Positions 21,722-29,883 of a stretch of DNA of 64,000 nucleotides are shown here, one piece after another (within the stretch, counting starts at the first letter, position 1; every line of letters starts with the position of its first letter). The notes beneath the pieces are model-generated. The model made no database searches and was not told the origin of the DNA. It saw only the letters and a program-made list of their open reading frames with translations. The DNA is from an uncultured Rhizobacter sp. GTDB lineage: Bacteria; Pseudomonadota; Gammaproteobacteria; Burkholderiales; Burkholderiaceae_C. The position numbers and the translations under genes were made by a program. The stretch is from positions 206,353 to 270,352 of the forward strand of contig CAXTSS010000003.1 of NCBI GenBank assembly GCA_964247075.1, written 5' to 3'.

Positions 21722-22501
21722 TCAGGATGCGGCCAGCGCCGCTGCGGGGCAGGCCCGGGCCGATCCGTCGGCCGTGACGAGATGCTCGAGCGCGGCCGAG
21801 TCGAGCACGTCGATCCGGCGTCGGCGCACGCGCAACACGCCCTCGTCGTGAAGGCGCGAGAAAGAACGGCTCACCGTCTCGAGCGTCAGGCCCAGGTAGG
21901 TGCCGATCTCTTCGCGCGTCATGCGCAGGATCAGCGACGACGACGAGAAGCCGCGCGAGCGCAGGCGCCGTGTCAGATCGAGCAGGAAGGCGGCCAGCCG
22001 TTGTTCGGCGCGGCGGTTGCTGAGCAACCGCATCAGGCCGTGATCGTTGACGATCTCGCGGCTCAAGACCTTGTGGAACTGCCGTGCCAGATCGGCGAAT
22101 TCGCGCGACAACGTCTCGAGCTGCCCGTAGCGGATCGCGCAGACCTGCGAATCTTCCAGCGCGACCGCGTCGCACTGGTGAACCTCGGTGCTGATGCCGT
22201 CGAGGCCGAGCACCTCACCGGCCATTTGGAAGCCCGTGATCTGCTCCTGACCACCGGCGGACGCCAGCCGCGTCTTGAAGAAGCCCGAGCGGATCGCGTA
22301 GACCGAATCGAACCGATCGCCGCTGCGGAACAGCGTCTGGCCGCGCCGGACCAAGCGGCGTGTGTCGACGAGGGTGTCGAGTCGCTTGAGTTCGTCCTCG
22401 GACATCATCAAGGGCAGGCACAGCGCATGCAGGCCGCAGTCGGCGCAGGCGATGCCCGGTCTGGGGGGCGAGATCAGCTTGAGGCCGGCACCGGCGCTCA
22501 T
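21722..22501 (-). CDS. fnr: FNR/Crp-family O2-sensing regulator
   Basis: N-terminal CADC...C cluster, internal Cys, HTH 'MTREEIGTYLGLTLETVSR'. Confidence 0.9.
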   Translation of the reverse strand: MSAGAGLKLISPPRPGIACADCGLHALCLPLMMSEDELKRLDTLVDTRRLVRRGQTLFRSGDRFDSVYAIRSGFFKTRLASAGGQEQITGFQMAGEVLGLDGISTEVHQCDAVALEDSQVCAIRYGQLETLSREFADLARQFHKVLSREIVNDHGLMRLLSNRRAEQRLAAFLLDLTRRLRSRGFSSSSLILRMTREEIGTYLGLTLETVSRSFSRLHDEGVLRVRRRRIDVLDSAALEHLVTADGSARACPAAALAAS

Positions 22502-22558
22502 GGCATGGTCGATCGTTGGCTCATCTGCCGAATTGTTTGACCGCCGGCCCCGGATGGC

Positions 22559-22572
22559 TTGCGCAAGATCAA
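22559..22572. promoter_or_regulatory. FNR-type box between fnr and the divergent small gene
   Basis: TTGCG-CAAG-ATCAA. Confidence 0.65.
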
Positions 22573-22675
22573 ATCAACACGCCCCGCCGGCCCGTCGCCG
22601 ATCTCGGCAGCGCCGATAATCGCGGCCCGACCCGATCGGTCGGCGCAACCCACCTCGATTCGCACGGAGACCACC

Positions 22676-22996
22676 ATGATTCGCTTGCCCCTCACCGCCA
22701 TTGCCCTCGCGCTCGCCTGCACCGTGTCTCAGGCCGCCGAGCCTTCGGCTGCCTCATCCGCAGCCACCAAGACCGGCGAGGCCATCAAGAAGGGCGGCAC
22801 GAAGGCCGGCGACGCGGTCGGTACGACGGTCGAGCGCACGGAAGCAGGCGTCGAGAAGGGCGCCAAGAAGGTCGGCGAAGCCGCCAGCACGACTGCAGAG
22901 CGCACCAAGGCGGGCGTGAAGAAGGGCGCGAAGAAGATCAAGCGCGGCGCCAAGAAGGCCAAGGCCGCGGTGACGCCGGCCTCCGGCGCGAAGTAA
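22676..22996 (+). CDS. Small secreted Lys/Ala/Gly-rich repeat protein (LEA/hydrophilin-like)
   Basis: RBS GGAG, signal peptide, 22-aa tandem repeat TTxERTxAGVxKGAKK. Confidence 0.7.
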   Translation: MIRLPLTAIALALACTVSQAAEPSAASSAATKTGEAIKKGGTKAGDAVGTTVERTEAGVEKGAKKVGEAASTTAERTKAGVKKGAKKIKRGAKKAKAAVTPASGAK

Positions 22997-23022
22997 GGCG
23001 CGGCCAGCGCCGGGTGCTCCGG

Positions 23023-23832
23023 CTAGACCGCCACCGGCGCCTTGATCGCCGCGTGGTGCTCGTAGCCGAGCACTTCGAAATCCTCGTACTCGTAGTCGAA
23101 GATCGACGCCGGCCGGCGCTTGATCGACAGGGTCGGGTACGCGAGCGGCGCGCGCGACAGCTGCAGCGCCACCTGCTCCGCGTGGTTGCTGTAGAGGTGG
23201 CAATCGCCGCCCGTCCAGATGAAGTCGCCCACGTCGAGATCGCATTGTTGCGCCAGCATGTGGGTCAGCAACGCATAGCTCGCGATGTTGAAGGGCACGC
23301 CGAGGAAGATGTCGGCACTGCGTTGGTAGAGCTGGCAGCTCAACCTGCCCTGGGCGACGTAGAACTGGAAGAACGCGTGGCACGGCATCAGCGCCATCGC
23401 GGGCAGGTCGGCCACGTTCCAGGCGCTGACGATGATGCGGCGCGAATCGGGATTCGTCTTGAGTTGCTTGACGACCTCGGCGATCTGGTCGATGTGGCCA
23501 CCGCCGGGGGTCGGCCAGGATCGCCACTGCACGCCGTAGACCGGGCCGAGATCGCCGTCGGGCTGGGCCCATTCGTTCCAGATCGTCACGCCGCGCTCCT
23601 GCAGCCAGGTCGCGTTGCCGTCGCCGCGCAGGAACCACAGCAGTTCGAGGATGATGGATTTGAGGTGCACCTTCTTCGTCGTGACGAGCGGAAAGCCCTC
23701 GCGCAGGTCGAAACGCATCTGGTGCCCGAACACGCTGGTCGTTCCGGTGCCGGTGCGGTCGGCCTTGAACACGCCGTGCGTCTGCACATGGCGCATGAAG
23801 TCTTCGTACTGGGAGCGGATGGGATGGGTCAC
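23023..23832 (-). CDS. thyA: Thymidylate synthase
   Basis: [45 protein letters not shown]; GTG start with GGAG RBS inside the ccdB 3' end. Confidence 0.96.
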   Translation of the reverse strand: MTHPIRSQYEDFMRHVQTHGVFKADRTGTGTTSVFGHQMRFDLREGFPLVTTKKVHLKSIILELLWFLRGDGNATWLQERGVTIWNEWAQPDGDLGPVYGVQWRSWPTPGGGHIDQIAEVVKQLKTNPDSRRIIVSAWNVADLPAMALMPCHAFFQFYVAQGRLSCQLYQRSADIFLGVPFNIASYALLTHMLAQQCDLDVGDFIWTGGDCHLYSNHAEQVALQLSRAPLAYPTLSIKRRPASIFDYEYEDFEVLGYEHHAAIKAPVAV

Positions 23833-23833
23833 G

Positions 23834-24148
23834 TCAATGGGCTCCGAACAGGGTGTCGAGTGCTTCTCGAATCGCGGGCTGCTGCTCGCGCAGGCTCGCC
23901 GCGGGCTTGCGCAATTCGCTGAAGAGGATCGCGCCGAGCGCGGCGCTGTCGAGAACGACGGTGTGCTGGGACACGCTGAAGCTGGGGTCCAGGTTGCGCG
24001 CCCGCGGGCCGAACGCGGCCTCGGTGCGCAGTGGCACGACCACACGCGTGGTCAAGGCGTCGATGTAGTCGTTCTGCACATCTAGCAGATAGGGCGTGTG
24101 CTTGCGTTCCGAGGCTTCGGGGTTGGCGTAGACGTCATAGAGCGCCAT
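23834..24148 (-). CDS. ccdB: CcdB-family toxin (gyrase poison)
   Basis: YDVYANP...[10 protein letters not shown]...TRVVVPL...ALDTLF; directly downstream of ccdA. Confidence 0.85.
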   Translation of the reverse strand: MALYDVYANPEASERKHTPYLLDVQNDYIDALTTRVVVPLRTEAAFGPRARNLDPSFSVSQHTVVLDSAALGAILFSELRKPAASLREQQPAIREALDTLFGAH

Positions 24149-24152
24149 CGGG

Positions 24153-24431
24153 TCAGCGCCCCCTGGCGAAGCTGCGGTACTTCGCGAGCGGCAGGCCGTC
24201 GCGCTCGATGCGATCGTTGTAGGCGTCGATGGCGTCCTTGTTGTCGGCGTTCCAGCGCTCCCAGTAGCGGCGGCGCACTTCCTCGGCCAGCAAGGTGTCG
24301 ACGGTTTGCGACAGGTTCATGCCCAGTTCGCGTGCCAAGTCGAGCACCTTGGAATTCAACGTCAGGTTCGTCGCTCTCTTGGGGGCAGCGATCAAATCGC
24401 AACATGCAATCGCTCCATCAATCATGCGCAT
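24153..24431 (-). CDS. ccdA: CcdA-family antitoxin
   Basis: KRATNLTLN..VLDLARELGMNLS...W..DNKDAIDAYNDRIERDG. Confidence 0.88.
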   Translation of the reverse strand: MRMIDGAIACCDLIAAPKRATNLTLNSKVLDLARELGMNLSQTVDTLLAEEVRRRYWERWNADNKDAIDAYNDRIERDGLPLAKYRSFARGR

Positions 24432-24433
24432 GA
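24422..24433. promoter_or_regulatory. Perfect 12-bp palindrome over the ccdA start (candidate operator)
   Basis: TCATGCGCATGA. Confidence 0.45.
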
Positions 24434-24573
24434 ATTGTGCCCGATCGAACCGCGGCGCGGTGGGTTGAAACTGACGGTGCGATGCTCGGGACCGTGTCCC
24501 GATTATGGACGCGACTTCGAGCGTTTGTGCCCGGCTGCCGCCTTCTTCGTCGGCTGCGGAAAGGGCGGCGGCG

Positions 24574-25770
24574 TCAAGGAGCGAGACGCGCCGCCGCCAA
24601 CGCGCCGATCTGGCGCCCCATCGCCGTTCCGACCTCCGTCGAGAACCGGTAGTGCACGCCGTCGTAAACCCGGGCGTTGCTCACTTCGACGACGAAGGCA
24701 TCGAGCGTCGGCCAGCTGCGCGCGGCACCCGCGGCAGAGGCGCTGGTGGTCGTCCAGGTCGGCGGCGTGCCGCCGGCGACGGCAGCCTGCAGGACTGTCG
24801 CCACCGCGGCGGCCTGGATGCAGTGGGCGCAGGGGTATTCCGGGTGCATCGGCGTCTCGATGAAGGGCAGCCAAGACCTGTCCAACTCGGTCGCATCGTT
24901 GCCGTCGGTGTCACCGTTGCGGATCGCCGTCACCGGCCGCCATAACGCGTAGTGGTACTTGGCATCCATCACGGCAATCAGCGCATCGTCGGTGGCCTGC
25001 GTGACGAGCGCGAACAGACGCGCGTTTTGCACCACATCGCGTCCCGGCTGGCCGGTGACGCAACGTACCAGACCGTGATAGATCGGCGGCAGCGTCGTCT
25101 CCCAGAAGCGTGCGATCTCGGTCTGCTCGGGCGTCCGCAACGTGCTCGCGCGGCCGCCGACCGCCTTGATCTCGTTGTAGTCGCGCGCCCAGCGCTCGCT
25201 CGTCAGCACAGGCGGCGGGCCGGGGCGAAACTGCGCCGCGCCAGCCATCAGCCACGGTGTTCGCTGCGGCCACTGCGGCACGGCCGGTGTGGCCGTCGGC
25301 ACGTAGCGCCCGGGGCTCGTGTGCGGCCGATAGGCCTCGGGCGACGCGGCGCCATCGTTGCCACGCCGCTGCAGCACCGCCGCGGCAGCCGCCTCACCGG
25401 CGGCGATACCTGTGGCCTTCGCCGGGCCGTCCGCGATCGGCGTCAGAGCCGCCTGGTAGGCCGCCTCGACGGCGGCCCGTCGCGACGGCAGCAGTTGCAC
25501 GAAAGCAGAGCGGTGCGCCGCCGCGATGGCCGCCTCGACCGAGGCCGTTGCGGGCGCCTCGAGGCGCTGCCCGTCCACGGGATAGCGGCGGGTGATCGCA
25601 TTCGCCGCCTCGTAGGCCGCGGTGTGGGCGATGGCCATCGCGCGGTTCGCCGGTGGCGTGGGCAGGTTCGCGGCGCTCACGAATTCGCCGGCCTTGACGT
25701 TCCAGTCGGTGACGGCATCGGCCCAGCAGGGCGATGCTGCGAGGCAAAGGAGGAGGGGGATGGTCTTCAT
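24574..25770 (-). CDS. Secreted vanadium-dependent haloperoxidase / PAP2-family protein
   Basis: Signal peptide; AKYHYALWRP, HPEYPCAH, SNARVYDGVH active-site motifs. Confidence 0.82.
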   Translation of the reverse strand: MKTIPLLLCLAASPCWADAVTDWNVKAGEFVSAANLPTPPANRAMAIAHTAAYEAANAITRRYPVDGQRLEAPATASVEAAIAAAHRSAFVQLLPSRRAAVEAAYQAALTPIADGPAKATGIAAGEAAAAAVLQRRGNDGAASPEAYRPHTSPGRYVPTATPAVPQWPQRTPWLMAGAAQFRPGPPPVLTSERWARDYNEIKAVGGRASTLRTPEQTEIARFWETTLPPIYHGLVRCVTGQPGRDVVQNARLFALVTQATDDALIAVMDAKYHYALWRPVTAIRNGDTDGNDATELDRSWLPFIETPMHPEYPCAHCIQAAAVATVLQAAVAGGTPPTWTTTSASAAGAARSWPTLDAFVVEVSNARVYDGVHYRFSTEVGTAMGRQIGALAAARLAP

Positions 25771-25824
25771 CGGTGTGTCTCCCATGGATGTCTTCACTAT
25801 GGTTCGACGGCACCGACCTCGCCA

Positions 25825-25839
25825 GTCCAACATCTGGAC
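25825..25839. promoter_or_regulatory. Inverted repeat between the haloperoxidase and HxlR genes (candidate operator)
   Basis: GTCCA-ACATC-TGGAC. Confidence 0.45.
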
Positions 25840-25871
25840 CAGCGCCAACAGGCTCCCGCTACACTGCGGTC

Positions 25872-26609
25872 ATGAACGGGTACGGCCAGTTCTGTCCTGT
25901 CGCCATTGCCGCCGAGGTCTTCGCGCAGCGATGGACCCCGCTGATCCTGCGCGAGCTGTTTGCCGGCGCGACCCAGTTCAACGAGATCAAGCGCGGCCTG
26001 CCTCGCATCTCGCAGACGACGTTGGCGCAGCGGCTGCGCGCGCTGGAAAGCGCCGGCATCGTCACCTGCGAGACGCGCGGGCCCGGCCGCCCGGTGAGCT
26101 ACCTGCTGACGCCGATGGGGCGAGCGTTCGACCCGGTGATTCAGAGCCTGGGCGCGTGGGGGCAGCGCTCGCCGCTGCGCTTCGATCGCGACAACCTGGA
26201 TCCGGAACTGCTGATGTGGAATGTGCGCCGGCGCCTTGCCGCCGAACGGCTACCGCTCAAGCGAACCCTGGTTCGTTTCAGCTTCACCGGCCTGCCGGCG
26301 CGTGTGCGGCGTGCGCGCCTGTTCTGGCTGGTGATTGAGGGCGGCGAGGTCGAGTTGTGTCTCAGAGACCCGGGCGATGAGGTGGATCTGCAGGTCGAAG
26401 CCGATCTCGAATCCTTCGCGCGAGTGTGGTTGGGCGAGACGACGCTGGGCGCATTGCTGGCGAGCGGCATGTTGCGGCTCAGCGGTCGATCCGGATTGGT
26501 GAAAGCCTTTCCGTCGTGGCTGTTGCTGAGCCGGTTTGCGCCGCTGGCCGCCGCGCGTGCCGACTCGGTGAAGCCGGTTCGTCGCGACGCGCGCTCGCTC
26601 GCGGGTTAA
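25872..26609 (+). CDS. HxlR-family wHTH regulator with C-terminal SCP2-like domain
   Basis: YGQFCPVA..AE..AQRWTPLILREL..GATQFNEIKRGLPRIS, C-terminal 'EVELCLRDPG..VDLQV'. Confidence 0.85.
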   Translation: MNGYGQFCPVAIAAEVFAQRWTPLILRELFAGATQFNEIKRGLPRISQTTLAQRLRALESAGIVTCETRGPGRPVSYLLTPMGRAFDPVIQSLGAWGQRSPLRFDRDNLDPELLMWNVRRRLAAERLPLKRTLVRFSFTGLPARVRRARLFWLVIEGGEVELCLRDPGDEVDLQVEADLESFARVWLGETTLGALLASGMLRLSGRSGLVKAFPSWLLLSRFAPLAAARADSVKPVRRDARSLAG

Positions 26610-27253
26610 CTCGGCGCCGGCTCACGCAGGAAAATTTCGACCCGGCGGTTCTTCGCGCGGCCCGCTTCCGTGGTGTTCTCGGCGATCGGCTCGCGCTCGC
26701 CGCGGCCTGCCGTTTCGATGCGGGTGCCGGCGACACCGCGCGCTGTGAGGTAGTCGCGGACGCTTTGCGCGCGTTCGACCGACAGGGGGTTGTTGACCGC
26801 ATCCGACCCGGTGTTGTCGGTGTGGCCGATGATCGCCACGCGCGCGGTCGGGTCGTCGCGCAGGCTGTTCGCGAACGGGTCGAGCACCGCGCGCAGCTGC
26901 GGCTTGATCGTGTAGCTGCCGGTGTCGAACGAGATGTCGTTCGGGATGTTGAGCTTCAGCTGATTGTCGGCGGTGCGCGAAACCTCGACGTTCGTGCCCT
27001 TGGTCGCCTGCTCCATCGCGTTGCGTCGATCTTCCATGCGCTTGGACCAGAGGTTGCCGGCGATCGCACCGAGCGCGCCGCCGATCACCGCGCCGGTGCC
27101 GGCCTTGCCGCCGGTGGCCGAGCCGACCACGGCGCCGACACCGGCGCCCACGCCCGCGCCGACGGCCGTGCCCTTCTGGCGCTCGCTCATGTCGGCGCAA
27201 CCGGCTGCGAGGAACACCGTGGCGGCGAGGCCGCACAGCGCGAGGCGACTCAT
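26606..27253 (-). CDS. OmpA-family lipoprotein with glycine zipper (YiaD-like)
   Basis: Lipobox LAAGC, GAGVGAGVGA zipper, GHTDNTG..N..LS..RA, NRRVEI. Confidence 0.88.
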   Translation of the reverse strand: MSRLALCGLAATVFLAAGCADMSERQKGTAVGAGVGAGVGAVVGSATGGKAGTGAVIGGALGAIAGNLWSKRMEDRRNAMEQATKGTNVEVSRTADNQLKLNIPNDISFDTGSYTIKPQLRAVLDPFANSLRDDPTARVAIIGHTDNTGSDAVNNPLSVERAQSVRDYLTARGVAGTRIETAGRGEREPIAENTTEAGRAKNRRVEIFLREPAPS

Positions 27254-27432
27254 TCGAAAGGGACAGGGGGTTCGTGTGGTCATGTCGAGTGCTCCAACGT
27301 CATGTGCCGCGAGCCGTGAGGCCGCAGCTTGTCAGAGCATTGTCCCGGGCCGGCAAGCCGGCGCGTGTCGGACGCAGGCAACCGCAGGTGTCAGTCGAAA
27401 CCTACACGCGGCAATCGCAAAACCTCATCGCC

Positions 27433-29241
27433 TCATCGGTCGAATTGCAACGCCGCGAGCCGCGCGTACAGTCCGCCGGAGGCAACGAGCTGCGCATGCG
27501 TGCCGGTCTCGACGATCTCGCCCGCTTCCATCACCACGATGCGGTCGGCGCGCTGCACGGTCGCGAGCCGGTGTGCGATGACGAGCGTCGTGCGGTCCTT
27601 CATCGCCGATTCGAGCGCGGCCTGCACCATGCGCTCGCTTTCGGCGTCGAGCGCACTGGTGGCCTCGTCGAGCAGCAGCAGCGGCGGGTTCTTCAGCATC
27701 GCGCGCGCAATGCTGATGCGCTGGCGCTGGCCACCCGAGAGTCGCACGCCGCGCTCGCCGAGGAAGGTCTTGTAGCCGTCGGGCAAGGCGGTGATGAACT
27801 CGTGCGCGAAAGCCGCCTTGGCGGCGCTGATCACGTCGTCGTCGCTGGCGTCCGGGCGGCCGTAGCGAATATTCTCCATCGCGTCGTTCGAGAAGATCAC
27901 GCTGTCCTGCGGCACGATGCCGATGCGCTCGCGCAGCGCATGCAGATCCACCTCCTTCACCGAGACGCCGTCGAGCCGCACGTCGCCGGTGGCCACGTCG
28001 TAGAAGCGCAGCACGAGCTGGAACACCGTGCTCTTGCCGGCGCCGCTCGGGCCGACCAGCGCCACCGTCTCGCCCGGCGCCACGTTCAGGTTGAAGTGCG
28101 ACAGCGTCGCGTGCTGCGGCCGCGACGGGTAGCGGAAGGTCACGTCGCGCATCGTCAGCGACGAGCCGCCGCGCGTTGCCGCGAGCGCCACAGGGCGTGC
28201 GGGCGAGGCGATCGGCGAACGCAGGCTCAGCAGTTCCATCAGCCGCTCGGTCGCACCGGCGGCGCGCAGCAGATCGCCATAGACTTCCGACAGGACCGCG
28301 ACGCTGCCGACGAGGATGATCACGTAGACGACGGTCTGCCCGAGGTGGCCGGCGCTGATGTCGCCGCGCACCACCGCCTGCGTGCCCTGGTACAGGCCCC
28401 ACAGCAGGGCGCCGAAGGTGGCGGTGATGATGAATGCGACCAACGCCGCGCGCATCTTCGTTCGCTTCACGGCGGTGCCGAACGCGGCCTCGGTGGCTGC
28501 ATCGAAGCGCGTTGCCTCGCGCTGCTCCTGTGTGTAGCTCTGCACCACGGGAATGGCGTTCAGCACCTCGGCGGCGATTGCGCTGGTGTCGGCCACGCGG
28601 TCCTGGCTGGCGCGGCTGAGCTTGCGCACGCGGCGGCCGAAGTACAGGCTGGGCAGCACCACGATGACGAGGATGCCCAGCACCTGCGTCATCACATACG
28701 GGTTGGTGATGACCAGCATCGTCATCGCGCCGAGGCCCAGCACCGCGTTGCGCAGGCCCATCGAGAGGCTGGAGCCGACGACCGTCTGCACCAGCGTCGT
28801 GTCGGTCGTCAGGCGCGACAGCACCTCGCCGGTCTGCGTGCTTTCGAAGAACTCGGGACTCTGCGTGACCACGTGCGCATAGACCGCGTTGCGCAGATCG
28901 GCGGTGACGCGCTCGCCCAGCCAGGTGACAGCATAAAAGCGCAGCGCCGAGAACACGCCCAGCGCGGCGCCGACCGCGAACAACGCGAAAAAGTGCTCGC
29001 GCAGCGCCATCACCCGCGTGCCCGGATCGGCCGTGACGAAGCCCTGATCGATCAGCGATTTCATCGCCACCGGAAACACCAGCGTGCTGATCGCGGACAG
29101 CACGAGGAACAGGATCGCCAGCCCGATCTGCACCCGGTACGGCCGCAGGAACGGCATCAACCCGGCGAGGGATCGGACATTGCGCGCGGCGGCGGGCGGT
29201 GGGTTCGTGGCCGCGGGCAGGGGCAGGGCGGGGCTGGACAT
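27433..29241 (-). CDS. ABC exporter, fused TMD-NBD (MsbA-like)
   Basis: Six TM helices, GPSGAGKST, LSGGQRQR, LLLLDEATSALD. Confidence 0.92.
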   Translation of the reverse strand: MSSPALPLPAATNPPPAAARNVRSLAGLMPFLRPYRVQIGLAILFLVLSAISTLVFPVAMKSLIDQGFVTADPGTRVMALREHFFALFAVGAALGVFSALRFYAVTWLGERVTADLRNAVYAHVVTQSPEFFESTQTGEVLSRLTTDTTLVQTVVGSSLSMGLRNAVLGLGAMTMLVITNPYVMTQVLGILVIVVLPSLYFGRRVRKLSRASQDRVADTSAIAAEVLNAIPVVQSYTQEQREATRFDAATEAAFGTAVKRTKMRAALVAFIITATFGALLWGLYQGTQAVVRGDISAGHLGQTVVYVIILVGSVAVLSEVYGDLLRAAGATERLMELLSLRSPIASPARPVALAATRGGSSLTMRDVTFRYPSRPQHATLSHFNLNVAPGETVALVGPSGAGKSTVFQLVLRFYDVATGDVRLDGVSVKEVDLHALRERIGIVPQDSVIFSNDAMENIRYGRPDASDDDVISAAKAAFAHEFITALPDGYKTFLGERGVRLSGGQRQRISIARAMLKNPPLLLLDEATSALDAESERMVQAALESAMKDRTTLVIAHRLATVQRADRIVVMEAGEIVETGTHAQLVASGGLYARLAALQFDR

Positions 29242-29277
29242 CCGGCGAGTGTAGGCGAGCCCGCCAAGAATTGAGCC

Positions 29278-29306
29278 TTGACATATATTGCCTAGGCAAG
29301 TATATT
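29278..29306 (+). promoter_or_regulatory. sigma70 promoter of the marR-efflux operon with palindromic operator in the spacer
   Basis: TTGACA-N17-TATATT; TTGCCTAGGCAA palindrome at 29288-29299. Confidence 0.8.
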
Positions 29307-29335
29307 GAACCGCATCGCTTCATCAATGCCGCACC

Positions 29336-29830
29336 GTGACCCGCATCGCCAACCGAATCGCACCGCCCGTCGAGTTCTATCGCGCCGACGGTTACTGCGC
29401 CGAAGAGAGCGTGGGCTACCTGATGAAGCGCATCATGATGTCGGTCGTCTACCAGGTCGACAAGCGGCTCGATGTGCACGAGCTGACGAGTGCTCAATGG
29501 GGCCCGCTGATGCGCCTGCGCACCACCGGCGGCTCCACCGTCGCCGAGCTCGCGCGCTGGCTGCAGGTGGATGCCGGCGCGATGACCCGCCTCCTCGACC
29601 GGTTGGAGAAGAAGGGCCTGTGCAAGCGGGTCCGCTCCACCGAAGACCGCCGCGTCGTCAAGGTCGAGCTCACGCCCGAAGGCGCGACGGCGATTCAAGA
29701 GGTGCCCGCTGTGCTGGCCGACGTGATGAACGCGCACCTCGCCGGATTCTCGAAATCCGAGTGGCTGGCGCTCAAGACCTACCTGCAGCGCATGCTCGAG
29801 ACTGGCGACGCCTTGCGCGAGGCGCCCTGA
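29336..29830 (+). CDS. MarR-family regulator (EmrR-like)
   Basis: LTSAQW..L...ELARWLQVDAGAMTRLLDRLEKKGL..R.RSTEDRRVV. Confidence 0.9.
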   Translation: MTRIANRIAPPVEFYRADGYCAEESVGYLMKRIMMSVVYQVDKRLDVHELTSAQWGPLMRLRTTGGSTVAELARWLQVDAGAMTRLLDRLEKKGLCKRVRSTEDRRVVKVELTPEGATAIQEVPAVLADVMNAHLAGFSKSEWLALKTYLQRMLETGDALREAP

Positions 29831-29883
29831 GCGAGTGCAACGACATGGCAGCCCCTGTCACGCCAAATTACCTGCCTAAGCAA

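Noticed and set aside
18302-23000. Intact prophage or integrative element at ssrA
   Set aside because: No integrase, phage or conjugation genes, and no attR duplicate seen
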